Shown one piece after another: positions 26,195-35,685 of a DNA stretch of 60,861 bases. The notes below the pieces were generated by a model. It saw nothing but the letters and a program-made list of their open reading frames with translations. It was not told the DNA's origin and did no database searches. The translations under genes were made by a program, and so were the position numbers. Each line of letters begins with the position of its first letter. Position 1 is the first letter of the stretch. Source of the DNA: an uncultured virus (IMG/VR IMGVR_UViG_3300008107_000009). Lineage: Duplodnaviria; Heunggongvirae; Uroviricota; Caudoviricetes. The stretch lies in IMG/VR virus record IMGVR_UViG_3300008107_000009. One strand, written 5' to 3'.

Positions 26195-26838
26195 TATGGT
26201 AGGGTTATTGATGTTGTACTTATTCCAAAATAAGTTGATGTTGATCCGGAACTTCCAGAAGATCCACTAGTTCCACTGCTTCCGCTGGTAGTTGGGCTAG
26301 CACTCGTTCCGCTTGTTCCGCTGATGCCTGTTCCTAGAGCACCACCAGAAGCAACTATAATAGTGATCTCAACATCATTAGAATGTGGATTGTGTATCAC
26401 TATCCCTCCCTCATTATAAAGAGGACTAGATAGAAAATTGCTCGGATATATTGAAATCCCTCTTCCGGGATCAGCTCCTGGTTCTCCAGTCCAGATATGG
26501 AAACCTCCAATTGGATAGATTTTCTCTTCGTAAATAAGGTTAATATATTTACTCGAATCTGTTGTAAATGATGCTGGATATTTTACGCTAACTATAAGTG
26601 CTTTTACCTCCCCGAATGTATTAGATAAACCGGAATCATCCAAAAGAAATGCACTGCCACCCTTTAACTTTAGTGTTTGTGCAAAAAAATCGTCTATATC
26701 GAGGGAGAAATCACATAAATCAAAAGAATTTAGAACAGACGAATCTTTGGTTACTTGAAAGGTGCAACGATTAAATTGACCTCCTTCAATTAAGGTATTA
26801 GCTAAATCTGCTTTACATATAAGGGGTGCTGTTGCCAT
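26194..26838 (-). CDS. Structural protein (fibre adaptor candidate), paralog of the next gene, with a short GTS tail
   Basis: Shares GEVKALIVSVKY, YEEKIYPI and GGIVIHNP with the product of 26838..27422. Confidence 0.6.
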   Translation of the reverse strand: MATAPLICKADLANTLIEGGQFNRCTFQVTKDSSVLNSFDLCDFSLDIDDFFAQTLKLKGGSAFLLDDSGLSNTFGEVKALIVSVKYPASFTTDSSKYINLIYEEKIYPIGGFHIWTGEPGADPGRGISIYPSNFLSSPLYNEGGIVIHNPHSNDVEITIIVASGGALGTGISGTSGTSASPTTSGSSGTSGSSGSSGSTSTYFGISTTSITLP

Positions 26839-27422
26839 TAATTCATAACTAATATTTCTACCTCAACCTCTTTCCGGGTTGTATTCATAATTTTAATTCC
26901 ACCCAAACTAAAATCTGGCGAGGTTGGTTGAGGACTTAAAACCGGACTAAATTCTGGATCTACCACAGGAGAAACATTAGTGGGATCACCATACACATTA
27001 TATGGCTCTAAATCCCATCCGTGATGTTTAACATGATCTAAAGTTTTCCCTGTTAGGAATAAGACGTTTTTTAGAGGAAACGTCCTTCCTTTATATTCCC
27101 AGAAAATTAACTTCTCATCTTCTGTTAAAGATTTATCATATTTCACTTTAACTATGATTAAAGAAACCTCTCCCTGATCTTGAGCTATGTTTCCTCCGTA
27201 TAAATTCCAAGACGTTTCGGGATCTATAAAGATTCTCTTTTTGAAGCTTCCCCCGGTAATTGATGCAGGGTGAAAAAATCCAGACATATCCACAGAATGC
27301 AAAACTTTAGATCCCTCTATGATTTTAAGAATGGATCCTTCAAAAACTATTTTTTTCTGTTTTTCTGGATTACAATCAATGTACTTGACATATCTTGAAT
27401 CTGTTTTTAATACGTTTGGCAT
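26838..27422 (-). CDS. Structural protein, paralog of 26194..26838
   Basis: GEVSLIIVKVKY, YKGRTFPL and GGIKIMNT...VEVEILV. Confidence 0.6.
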   Translation of the reverse strand: MPNVLKTDSRYVKYIDCNPEKQKKIVFEGSILKIIEGSKVLHSVDMSGFFHPASITGGSFKKRIFIDPETSWNLYGGNIAQDQGEVSLIIVKVKYDKSLTEDEKLIFWEYKGRTFPLKNVLFLTGKTLDHVKHHGWDLEPYNVYGDPTNVSPVVDPEFSPVLSPQPTSPDFSLGGIKIMNTTRKEVEVEILVMN

Positions 27423-27423
27423 C

Positions 27424-28794
27424 TTATAATCTGGTAGGATCTTCCTTTCTGACTAATAAGTCGATCGGAATTTCCTTTTTATTCTTGTAATCTTTGATAC
27501 TCCTTCTCTCTTTTCCGTAAACGTTACCTAGCCTGTATCCACCAAATTCACCGTCTTCCGTATTTTCTGGCAGATCCTCGTGTTCTTCTATTATTTCTGA
27601 ATCCTCATCAGGGGTTAAATCTGGGTCGATACTGGAGAGATCTGGAGAATAAACTACATCATCATCTTCTTTGCTCTTCTCATTATCTCCCGCATCTTCT
27701 GGAAGAATGATTTCTCTTTCTTCTTTTTCAATTGTTTCTTCGATTTTCTCGGAAATGTCTTCCTGCTCATTTTCATTTATTATATCATTATTGATCTCTG
27801 CTATCGGGGTATCTCCTACAATAAATCCTTTTAAGGTAAGTGGAATTCCCTCTATCTCTGTTTTGTATTCATCTACGATTTTTAGATCCGGCAATTTGAT
27901 TTCTTCTTCCTTTTCTGGCTCTATAGTCTCTATAATTTTTTCCTCAATTTTTTCCGGTTCTGGATTTTTTGGGGATTCTTCTGTTTTTTTCTTCTCGCTG
28001 ACATAGGAGAATACGAAGTTAGCGGCAACAACTAGTGCAATCGCAAGTGGGTCAAATACCAGCATTAAAGCTATAATAAACCAGTTTACAACTTGATCTA
28101 AAGATTTACCAGTGATCTTAGCGATAAATTTTAAAGGTCCGATTTCGTTAGCTATATCATTATTGGAAGAGACGTTTAGAATCTCCAGATCTAAATCGTT
28201 GATTTGCTGAGTTTTTGAAGCTATCGTGTCCTGTAAAACTTTTATATCATCATCCAAAGATTTGCTCTCTTTACTCAATTGGTTCATCTGTGATCTAACA
28301 GAGGAAGTTGATTTGTTTTGAGCTATGAGATTATCAGCATTGCTCTGCTGTCTATTTCTCATATCAGAGAGTGTGTTCTGTCTGGTACTTTTAAGCTCCA
28401 ACTGTTTTTCTGCCTGATCCAGCTGCCTTTGAATCATTTGCTTTCTTTTCTCAATGACAGCAGTATTTTTATCTACGTTTTCTACCTTATTTGCGGTTTC
28501 CTGATAAGCTGAGGACAAGAACCCATAGATCCCCGCCGAGGTTATTACTATTAGTACAAAACATGCTATAGTGAGGTAAACCTTAAGTGCCTTGTTTATT
28601 TCGTCCCAGAATCTGTACAACAGAGAAGCTATGACTAGTTTAGCAAATTCTAAACTAGCTGCCATCACCATCACGTTGGTAGAAGCACCTGCAAACATTT
28701 TACCGATACCAAAGATCGAATAAAATGCAGCAGAAAACGAGATGCTGATTGCAGAAATAGCTACAATATATGGGAAATACTTGTTTTCTTTCAT
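27424..28794 (-). CDS. Membrane protein with 3+1 transmembrane helices, a coiled coil and an acidic tail
   Basis: SAAFYSIFGIGKMFAG, LEFAKLV, ITSAGIYGFLS, EIGPLKFIA and LVFDPLAIALV. Confidence 0.75.
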   Translation of the reverse strand: MKENKYFPYIVAISAISISFSAAFYSIFGIGKMFAGASTNVMVMAASLEFAKLVIASLLYRFWDEINKALKVYLTIACFVLIVITSAGIYGFLSSAYQETANKVENVDKNTAVIEKRKQMIQRQLDQAEKQLELKSTRQNTLSDMRNRQQSNADNLIAQNKSTSSVRSQMNQLSKESKSLDDDIKVLQDTIASKTQQINDLDLEILNVSSNNDIANEIGPLKFIAKITGKSLDQVVNWFIIALMLVFDPLAIALVVAANFVFSYVSEKKKTEESPKNPEPEKIEEKIIETIEPEKEEEIKLPDLKIVDEYKTEIEGIPLTLKGFIVGDTPIAEINNDIINENEQEDISEKIEETIEKEEREIILPEDAGDNEKSKEDDDVVYSPDLSSIDPDLTPDEDSEIIEEHEDLPENTEDGEFGGYRLGNVYGKERRSIKDYKNKKEIPIDLLVRKEDPTRL

Positions 28795-28828
28795 CTAAGT
28801 TATTTCTTTAAGTATTATATATCCACAG

Positions 28829-28857
28829 AAAAAAGGCCCACTTGATAAAGTGAGCCC
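28829..28857 (-). terminator. Intrinsic terminator
   Basis: mRNA GGCUCACUU-UAUC-AAGUGGGCC followed by U6. Confidence 0.8.
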
Positions 28858-28879
28858 TAAAAGATTAAAAACCCGGAAT

Positions 28880-29332
28880 TTATTCAGATTCTAAGCCCTG
28901 TTGAGCTGCTGCTAGATCCTTTTTTAGATCGTCAAACTCTTTATTATCTAGGCTAATATTGGTCAAAGATTGTTCGAATGCCTTAAAAATGCGGATAAAA
29001 TCATTTGCTAGGCTTTTTCCCTTCCCTGAAAATTTATTTAGAAAATAATGTGATGCTTCGATTTCTAGAGCATTCATATAGATCACTCCACTTTTTATGC
29101 CTTCTTCTTTGATTTGGTCGAGCTTTTTTGTGATCTCTAAAATTCCTAAAGCTTCCTTTCCCCTCCATTCTAGAGAGGAAACAATATCATTATACACCTC
29201 TAGATCTTTTGAATTCATAGATACTCCATAGACCTTATTACTCAGTTCTTTTTGTTTTTTGTCAAGAGCTGATTGTAGCTCTTCGACTCTTTTTTGATCT
29301 ACTTCCACTTCGGTGATTAATTCTTCTGCCAT
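28880..29332 (-). CDS. Hypothetical protein
   Basis: 150-aa ORF with an A-rich leader and a GAAAC-type promoter candidate. Confidence 0.7.
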   Translation of the reverse strand: MAEELITEVEVDQKRVEELQSALDKKQKELSNKVYGVSMNSKDLEVYNDIVSSLEWRGKEALGILEITKKLDQIKEEGIKSGVIYMNALEIEASHYFLNKFSGKGKSLANDFIRIFKAFEQSLTNISLDNKEFDDLKKDLAAAQQGLESE

Positions 29333-29381
29333 TTTTTATTTTTTATATTCATTTTTAGATCCTCTTAAACCTAATGTTTCA

Positions 29382-30128
29382 TCAAATAGAGTGGATTTCC
29401 CTGAATTGTTTCAAGAGATCCAGAAATTTTCTTAGATGTTCTTTAAACTCGTCTCTTGTAACGATGAATCTTTGGATTGAAGAGTTTTTTTCGTTAGAAA
29501 TCCAAATTTCCCCACGGTGAGGAATTACTCCATACCTCTCAGCATAAGCAAACATATATGCGGAAATTTGGCATTTATAGGAATCAATATCGTCTTCATC
29601 TTTAGGTGAGCTAGCAGACTTGAAATCTATTACCACGTGCTCGTCATTAAAGTCTTGAAAAATAAAATCTGTTGCTCCTGCCCATCCGCCTCTAAAATCT
29701 GTCCACAGAAAAAGTTCGTTATGAAGAACACATTTAATATCTGACCAAAATTTTTCATGATAAAAATTCCAAAAAAGATCTCTACCTCTCACAATCAAAT
29801 CCAACTTGTCTGGTGAATTTTTTTCTTCTTCCTTAGCAATATTTTGAGCTGATAGAAGACTCTTATCCACTGATTTTGATTCTGCATACTCCAATAGGAA
29901 ATGTTCAAGCATCGAGTGCATAACTGTTCCTCTGAATGATGCTTTATCCAGTATCTGCTGCCATTTCTCGTTACCGAACTTTTCTCTCAAGTGTTGGAAT
30001 TTAGGCTCAGTAAGGAGCTTTAAAACTGTTGTAACGGAAGGAAGAACCAGCTTAGTCTGGTGATCCGTGATAACCTCATAAGCTCTTCCCCAGGGATAGC
30101 TTTTTCTCTGAATATTAGGATTTGTCAA
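29382..30128 (-). CDS. PD-(D/E)xK exonuclease (Cas4 / lambda-exonuclease-like, without an FeS cysteine set)
   Basis: LPSVTTVL, RGTVMHSMLE, AGATD, IDFKS and QISAY. Confidence 0.85.
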   Translation of the reverse strand: MTNPNIQRKSYPWGRAYEVITDHQTKLVLPSVTTVLKLLTEPKFQHLREKFGNEKWQQILDKASFRGTVMHSMLEHFLLEYAESKSVDKSLLSAQNIAKEEEKNSPDKLDLIVRGRDLFWNFYHEKFWSDIKCVLHNELFLWTDFRGGWAGATDFIFQDFNDEHVVIDFKSASSPKDEDDIDSYKCQISAYMFAYAERYGVIPHRGEIWISNEKNSSIQRFIVTRDEFKEHLRKFLDLLKQFREIHSI

Positions 30129-30131
30129 TTT

Positions 30132-30602
30132 TTAAAATAATGATATTGTCCAAGTCCAAGCTTGGGATAGCCACTGTGTTTTGCTTTCAATGATGATAGC
30201 AGTGGTCCAAAAAATAGTTCTACTTGCAATCCACCAGGTTGTTAGATCTCTGAAATAAGGATAATAAACTAAAAGATATGAATTGCTTTCTGGAATCTCC
30301 TTATATTCAGGAATGATTATCTCATGAAGATTAAGAGAAGTGAGATATTCATTTAATCCCTTCGATTGTTCTATTAAATAAGCTGGCCAAAGCTCCCGTG
30401 GTAAATCTGGGGACATTGTCACTTCGGGTGGTAAATTCATAACTGTGTAAATTCTGCCAATCCAGTCTACCCTCAAATTGTTTTTTGACCATATCGGAGA
30501 ATTCATCAGCTCCTTTTTAATTACCCTACGGAGAAATAGATAATTTCTAATGTCTCTAATAACTCCAAAAATTCTGATTAATCCCTTTAAAAAATCTATC
30601 AT
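30132..30602 (-). CDS. Hypothetical protein with a C-terminal hydrophobic segment
   Basis: 156-aa ORF containing LRVDWIGRIYTVMNLP and a Trp-rich C-terminus. Confidence 0.65.
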   Translation of the reverse strand: MIDFLKGLIRIFGVIRDIRNYLFLRRVIKKELMNSPIWSKNNLRVDWIGRIYTVMNLPPEVTMSPDLPRELWPAYLIEQSKGLNEYLTSLNLHEIIIPEYKEIPESNSYLLVYYPYFRDLTTWWIASRTIFWTTAIIIESKTQWLSQAWTWTISLF

Positions 30603-30603
30603 A

Positions 30604-31227
30604 TCAATCGATAAAATTTAATTTTATTCCAGGAAACATCTCCCTGATCTTTATTCTAGCTCTTCTAATACGTGTTGCAACTGCTCTCTTTTTCATTCCG
30701 TATTTATCAGCAATATCTTGATACTTCATCTTATGTAGTTCCCGATCCATAAGAATATCCTTATAAATCGCAGGAAGCTGTTTCATCTTTTCTAAGACTG
30801 TATCATATAGATCATCAAAGCCTCCTTCCTGATTATTTATTTCCCATTCTGGTTCAGCAAAAATATCCTCTGGGGTTATATCAGAGAGAGGAATGAATTC
30901 ATCATGATCTCTACCATCTAATTCTATCGATTCATAAACTAATGGAGTAAATTTCTTCGAATTTTTTTTGATTAGCAGAGATTCGTTTCTTGCTATGTTA
31001 TATGCCCATGTGGAAAAATTTCCCCTAGAAGGATCATATTGGGCAACTTTTACCCAGATCTTTTCAAAAGTTTTTGACACTGCATCTTGCGCAACCTCTT
31101 CATCAATTAGGATTGATTTACAGTGATTAAGTAAACCTGGTTTAATCCTATCATAGAGAGACTTAAAATCTTTCTCTTGGGATGTCATTAAAAATTTTTC
31201 AGCTAATTCTTGAATGCTCTTTGCCAT
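30604..31227 (-). CDS. ECF-type sigma-70 family factor
   Basis: Region 2 AQDAVSKTFEKIW...YDPSRGNFSTWAYNIARN and region 4 LP...KDIL....MKYQDIADKYGM....VATRIRRAR. Confidence 0.9.
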   Translation of the reverse strand: MAKSIQELAEKFLMTSQEKDFKSLYDRIKPGLLNHCKSILIDEEVAQDAVSKTFEKIWVKVAQYDPSRGNFSTWAYNIARNESLLIKKNSKKFTPLVYESIELDGRDHDEFIPLSDITPEDIFAEPEWEINNQEGGFDDLYDTVLEKMKQLPAIYKDILMDRELHKMKYQDIADKYGMKKRAVATRIRRARIKIREMFPGIKLNFID

Positions 31228-31711
31228 CTGGTTCTTGGTTTAAAGGGTTATGTAAGTTAATATAAACAATTTCAATCCCAGCTTGGTTTAGCAGTTGGAG
31301 AGAATCAGTCTTTCTGTAAATCTCACAGAAAACGATTCTTTTAATCCCGGATTGAATAATTAATTTTGAGCAATCATAACACGGGGAAAGCGTTACATAC
31401 ATCGTGCTCCCGTGTGAACTCACCGTATTTTTTGCAAGCTTTGTTATAGCATTTGCTTCTGCGTGCAAAACATAAGGCAAGGTTTCATTTATTTCATTTT
31501 CGCAAATGTTTGGAAATCCTGTTGGAGTTCCGTTATATCCGTCTGAAATTATGGTTTTGTCTTTGACTACTAAACATCCAACCTGACTTCTTTTGCAATG
31601 AGAATTAGTTGACCATTCTTTTGCCATTCTGAGATAAACAAGATCTAACTTAAACTGCTTTTTATCTAAACAGTTATTTGAATCTTGCTCAGTAAAAAAA
31701 TTATTCTCCAA
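31199..31711 (-). CDS. dCMP deaminase
   Basis: SHCKRSQVGC, GYNGTPTG, HAEANAI and LSPCYDC. Confidence 0.93.
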   Translation of the reverse strand: MENNFFTEQDSNNCLDKKQFKLDLVYLRMAKEWSTNSHCKRSQVGCLVVKDKTIISDGYNGTPTGFPNICENEINETLPYVLHAEANAITKLAKNTVSSHGSTMYVTLSPCYDCSKLIIQSGIKRIVFCEIYRKTDSLQLLNQAGIEIVYINLHNPLNQEPDGKEHSRIS

Positions 31712-31943
31712 TATTTTCCTCTTTTAAGTTTCCTTTAAATAAATCTATTACTGGATAAACAGAATAAGCAGGAAACTTACCGAGCAGAGAAACTATCTTG
31801 TTGATTTCAGATTCTGTGAAGGAGCTTTTGCTTTCAATCAAACCAATCAATTCCTGATAGTTATCGAAGGGATTTTTTAGAAAATCCGCTAGGGATTCTC
31901 TTAAATTTTCCTCCATAATATATTTTTTTTCAGTAACCGACAT
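31701..31943 (-). CDS. Hypothetical protein
   Basis: 80-aa ORF; first gene downstream of the dual promoter at 31955-31996. Confidence 0.65.
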   Translation of the reverse strand: MSVTEKKYIMEENLRESLADFLKNPFDNYQELIGLIESKSSFTESEINKIVSLLGKFPAYSVYPVIDLFKGNLKEENIGE

Positions 31944-32000
31944 AGCTTTTTATTATCCTATACAAATATAGAAAGAAAGTTTCACAAAAAAAACTGAACC

Positions 32001-33491
32001 TTATGAAAATTTGTGAGTGTTGTCTGTAACGATTAGTGGACCTTGAAGAACCTTTAAAATTTCTCTCATTGTCTTGAGTAATTCTCCATTGATTCTTTGG
32101 TCTTCATCTTTCCTAGATTCATCTGCAGCTTTTGTTTCAGCTTCAGCGGCAGATTTTTGTTTTTCCTCTTGAGCTTTAGTTTCTGAGGTTTTTTCAGGTT
32201 CTTCCTGTGGGGAGGGTGCAGGTGTTTGTGGAGATGGTGGGGGAGGGGTGGCAGGTTGTTGTTCAACTGGAGGAACAGGGGTTTGTTCCACCATTGGGGT
32301 TGCCTGGGACACTACATTTGCAACTTGCTCTTTTGCTTCTGTTGGAACGGATTCATTTTGTGTTAAATTTTGAACCACGGTACTTGCTTTAGCTGCTAAA
32401 TCGGGGTTTTGAAGGATTTCTCCTGTCGCTTGATTTATAGCATCGGATTCACCTCCAAAGCTCTGAGCAATTGCTTGATCAAATGTTGCAATATCTGCTC
32501 CGGCAAACATGTTAGCAATCTCTCCTGCACTCATTCCTAATTGATCCCCTAACATACTAAGTAGAGGGGATTCTTCCTTAGTGAATTCTTTGGTAGTAGC
32601 AGCATCAAATGTTTTAGGACCTTCCACAGCAGCCTGATTTGTAACATTAGTAACATTCGTCTGTGTTTGTTGAACTACCGTGGATGTTGGTTCCGCTGGG
32701 GGATTTGCAGCAGGAGGGGTCTGTGTTACCGGCGGATTTGCAGTAGCGGGGGTTATTTCCTGTGTGGGTTCAGCAGGTTTGGCTATCTCTTGTTGTGTGG
32801 TGATAACAGAGGCAGGGATTTCTGCTGCTGGGGATTGAGCTGGTTCTGTAGGAGCTGGGGGAGGAGGCGGGAGTATCGGTTCAGGTTTAGGAGCAGGAGG
32901 AATTAACGATTTAGCCAGAAAATCGAAAACCTCTTTAGCGCTATTCATGACATATTCATCGCTAGGAGCAGCCCCGGATTGTCTTTGTATCCCAATCTCT
33001 TTTAGAAAATTAAGAACAGTAGAATCTAAAATGTGCTGTAAATTATTACTTGAAATTTTGTTCAGCTCTTTGTTATTGAAGTCCGGACTTTCCCCCATTT
33101 CCAGATCATCAATTCCGTTTTCTATGGTATTGAATTCAGTTTTAGTTATTGTTCTAAGTTCGTTATACGCGTTAGAATCCTTAAATGAAGGTCTATTTTG
33201 GACCCACCCGCTTAAATATTTTGGATTTTGATATGAAAGACCCTTGAAGTTTTCAACTGCTGTACTAACGATATTATCCGTGATAGAATTAATATATTGA
33301 CTCGGATCCTTCCCTTCCGGAATTTCAAACATAGCAGCTCCAAAACTCCCAGGAAGAACTTCACCCCTTGCCTGCCCTATAGCAATATCAAGAGCTTCTT
33401 GTGAAGCATTACCCAATAAAGGATCTGCAGATTTTTTATCTGAGAGCTGTTTGTTAAAAACATCTACCTGTTCGGAATTAATTATTGCCAA
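32001..33491 (-). CDS. Pro/Thr/Gln-rich tail-associated protein (baseplate hub or tape-measure-region candidate)
   Basis: 496 aa with TTG start, lying downstream of the gp26/gp51-like genes. An AATATATA motif lies upstream. Confidence 0.45.
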   Translation of the reverse strand: MAIINSEQVDVFNKQLSDKKSADPLLGNASQEALDIAIGQARGEVLPGSFGAAMFEIPEGKDPSQYINSITDNIVSTAVENFKGLSYQNPKYLSGWVQNRPSFKDSNAYNELRTITKTEFNTIENGIDDLEMGESPDFNNKELNKISSNNLQHILDSTVLNFLKEIGIQRQSGAAPSDEYVMNSAKEVFDFLAKSLIPPAPKPEPILPPPPPAPTEPAQSPAAEIPASVITTQQEIAKPAEPTQEITPATANPPVTQTPPAANPPAEPTSTVVQQTQTNVTNVTNQAAVEGPKTFDAATTKEFTKEESPLLSMLGDQLGMSAGEIANMFAGADIATFDQAIAQSFGGESDAINQATGEILQNPDLAAKASTVVQNLTQNESVPTEAKEQVANVVSQATPMVEQTPVPPVEQQPATPPPPSPQTPAPSPQEEPEKTSETKAQEEKQKSAAEAETKAADESRKDEDQRINGELLKTMREILKVLQGPLIVTDNTHKFS

Positions 33492-33521
33492 ATTCTACCT
33501 TTTCCTCTATATATTAAAGGT

Positions 33522-33731
33522 TTATTGCTTGGTTAAATTAAAAATGGGTACCAATCCGTCTTTCTCTTTGATAATTTTCTTGTTTTTCTCTTCTATTTCC
33601 CTGTTTATTTTTTCAAGGATGATTTGAAATTCAAAATATGGAAGTTTTTCCAGCTCTGAAAAAGAAATATTATGATCTTTTGCTAGCTTTCTTTTGATTT
33701 CAAAGTAGTTGTCCAAAGATATCTGAAACAA
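33522..33731 (-). CDS. gp51-like baseplate-hub assembly / tail chaperone module
   Basis: SLDNYFEIKRKLAKDHNISFSELEKLPYFEFQIILEKI matches the gp51-type pattern LxNYY...H..S..E.E.M.PWE. It overlaps the upstream gene in the +1 frame, so either a TTG start or a frameshift. Confidence 0.65.
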   Translation of the reverse strand: MFQISLDNYFEIKRKLAKDHNISFSELEKLPYFEFQIILEKINREIEEKNKKIIKEKDGLVPIFNLTKQ

Positions 33732-34683
33732 TGAAAAGGGATCTGATTCCCCCGCGAAATCGGATAGGAGCAGTGACCTCGGCACCGCATTTATTACAAA
33801 TTACAGACAAATTATTTTTTGTAGCAAATGTTATCTGTTTAGAAATATTATCAGATAAAACAAACTGGGTATATGTCCAGTTTTTGGAGTTCATTTCATA
33901 AGAGTCGTAAGATTTTTCGTCAAGATCTCTCCAGTTAGGTATTAGGAAAGGAGATACCGTGGCAAATGATGAGTCGTATTTTTTACCTGCCCTAGTTTTA
34001 TCTCTTAGAATTTTCCTGATTTTTTGAGATACCCCAATAGTAGGAATGAAAAGTTGAATTGCAGGATCACCATTTTTAGGTGTTAATTGAAAATAACCAT
34101 TTTCATGGTCATAATATGTTTTAAGTTTTGGATCTAATGAAAAATTAGAAAGAACTCCTGACGTCAATTCAATCTCTGAAGGAATCGGGCAATCTTCTTT
34201 AGTGCATTTATTTTGAATAGGAATAAATATTCTGTTTTCCCCTTTAACAAAAGTCAAATCACGAATTGCCATAAAAATATAAAATCTATCTTCCTGATAA
34301 ATATCTTGGAAATTCAAGACCCCTCCTTTCCATCTAAAAGAAGAGCATTTAGAAATTATATGATTTATTTTATCGTCTATATCTATGGGATCATTTTCAT
34401 CTATTGTTGAGAAATGACGAATTTCTGAAACCTCCGCTGATCTAATAGAAAGCTCTGTTTCTTCCGGATATCCAAAACCCTGAGAGGGTAAATTTTCTAG
34501 AGGTAATTTTTTCCAGGGGGATTCCATGGCCAGTTCAGAAAGACTCTCTTCGACAAAGGACGCCTTTCCTAGTGATTTTGGAATTTCCTGTTGGGGAGGG
34601 GTTAATTCCTCATAGTTTAATCCGCTTTCTTTCTCTCTTTCAGAGAGCTTTGAAAGCATTTCGTTTTCAAAAGTATTTTCCAT
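33700..34683 (-). CDS. gp26-like baseplate hub / tail assembly chaperone
   Basis: LPSQGFGYP, DRFYIFMAIRDLTF, zinc ligands C-x4-C and CNKC, and C-terminal GGIRSLF. Lies downstream of the tail tube genes. Confidence 0.7.
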   Translation of the reverse strand: MENTFENEMLSKLSEREKESGLNYEELTPPQQEIPKSLGKASFVEESLSELAMESPWKKLPLENLPSQGFGYPEETELSIRSAEVSEIRHFSTIDENDPIDIDDKINHIISKCSSFRWKGGVLNFQDIYQEDRFYIFMAIRDLTFVKGENRIFIPIQNKCTKEDCPIPSEIELTSGVLSNFSLDPKLKTYYDHENGYFQLTPKNGDPAIQLFIPTIGVSQKIRKILRDKTRAGKKYDSSFATVSPFLIPNWRDLDEKSYDSYEMNSKNWTYTQFVLSDNISKQITFATKNNLSVICNKCGAEVTAPIRFRGGIRSLFIVSDIFGQLL

Positions 34684-34751
34684 AAAAACAATTCTATTTT
34701 ATCTATCCTTACTTGTAGTAGGAGGTTTAAAATAAAATTCGGGGTGAGAGT

Positions 34752-34991
34752 CTAAGATTTTTTGGCTTTATTTAAATGTCTCGTAAGTAAGATATATGAT
34801 AACCAAAAACATCCTGAAATTGAATAAAAAACGATATCTGCAACCCAATATGAACCAGTTAAATCCATGATTAACTTGAATAAAGCGTCGTAACCAAATG
34901 GGAGAAAGAACATCGCTAACATTAGAGACGTATCTCTGAAAAGGATCATCCTTTTCTCCTTCTTCTTGTATTTCTCTAGATTCTTTATCAC
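34752..34991 (-). CDS. Small two-TM membrane protein
   Basis: LMLAMFFLPFGYDALFKLIMDLTGSYWVADIVFYSISGCFWLSYILL. Confidence 0.6.
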   Translation of the reverse strand: MIKNLEKYKKKEKRMILFRDTSLMLAMFFLPFGYDALFKLIMDLTGSYWVADIVFYSISGCFWLSYILLTRHLNKAKKS

Positions 34992-35038
34992 CTTCGTCCA
35001 TGCTTGGATAATGTTCTCCTTCTTTACAAAAAATCAAT

Positions 35039-35068
35039 AAAAAAGGCTTATTGGTAGATAAGCCTTTT
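35039..35068 (-). terminator. Intrinsic terminator after the tail-tube genes (symmetrical)
   Basis: aaaaggcttat-tggtag-ataagcctttt inverted repeat with A/T tracts on both sides. Confidence 0.8.
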
Positions 35069-35089
35069 ATATATTCGAACGTAAAGTTT

Positions 35090-35671
35090 TTAATTGAATG
35101 TGTCTTCGAAGTAGTCAGCTCTGAATGATATGTTTATATCATAAAGTCTATTTCCACCTCCCTCATATTGTAGAGGAATAGCTGTAATCGCTTCTATCGG
35201 GAAGCAATTTAAAAATTTAACTCTTCTAAAAACATCTCCTTGTTTATTGAACATACTTACTAAAACGTATGTGTTAGCTGCATAAGTACTTTTAATTCCC
35301 ATAGCACCTGTTAGAGGATTATAAACTAAATCTGACCATTCTCTCAATGTCTTGTGAACATAGTTAGAATTATTGTCATCTAGATTTGTGTGGAATTGTA
35401 ATCTAATTCTAGCACCAGTATCCTCTACTGCTCCACCTGCATATCTTCTTCTTGCAAATTTGTAGTTTTGTTCTACAGGTCTTGGTGTTTTATCTACCTC
35501 CAATCCTGTGATAGAGATGATATTTTCAACCAAAAGTGATCTACCTGCATTTCCCACAGGGTTTGAAACTGCTGCAGGGGGTTGGATTATAACCTCAAAC
35601 TGGTTTAAATAAACCGGTTCATATAGGCTTACTGCTGCTTTTGAACTCGTAAAATGTGGTAGTCCTGCCAT
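35090..35671 (-). CDS. Tail tube protein (gp19-like), paralog 2
   Basis: MAGLPHF..SKAAV..YEP.YLNQFEV, REWSDLVYNPLTG and FNKQGDVFRR...NCFP. Downstream of the sheath gene. Confidence 0.85.
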   Translation of the reverse strand: MAGLPHFTSSKAAVSLYEPVYLNQFEVIIQPPAAVSNPVGNAGRSLLVENIISITGLEVDKTPRPVEQNYKFARRRYAGGAVEDTGARIRLQFHTNLDDNNSNYVHKTLREWSDLVYNPLTGAMGIKSTYAANTYVLVSMFNKQGDVFRRVKFLNCFPIEAITAIPLQYEGGGNRLYDINISFRADYFEDTFN

Positions 35672-35685
35672 TTTTTATTTAATTA

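Noticed and set aside
29382..30128. Cas4-like nuclease as evidence of a CRISPR system
   Set aside because: It lacks the FeS cysteines and any array. Stand-alone PD-(D/E)xK exonucleases are ordinary in T4-like phages.
34768..35037. 89-aa ORF overlapping the 79-aa membrane-protein ORF in another frame
   Set aside because: The 79-aa frame has a coherent two-TM pattern, while the 89-aa frame has no recognisable features. Dual coding cannot be supported, although an AATATATA motif at about 35067 lies upstream of both.
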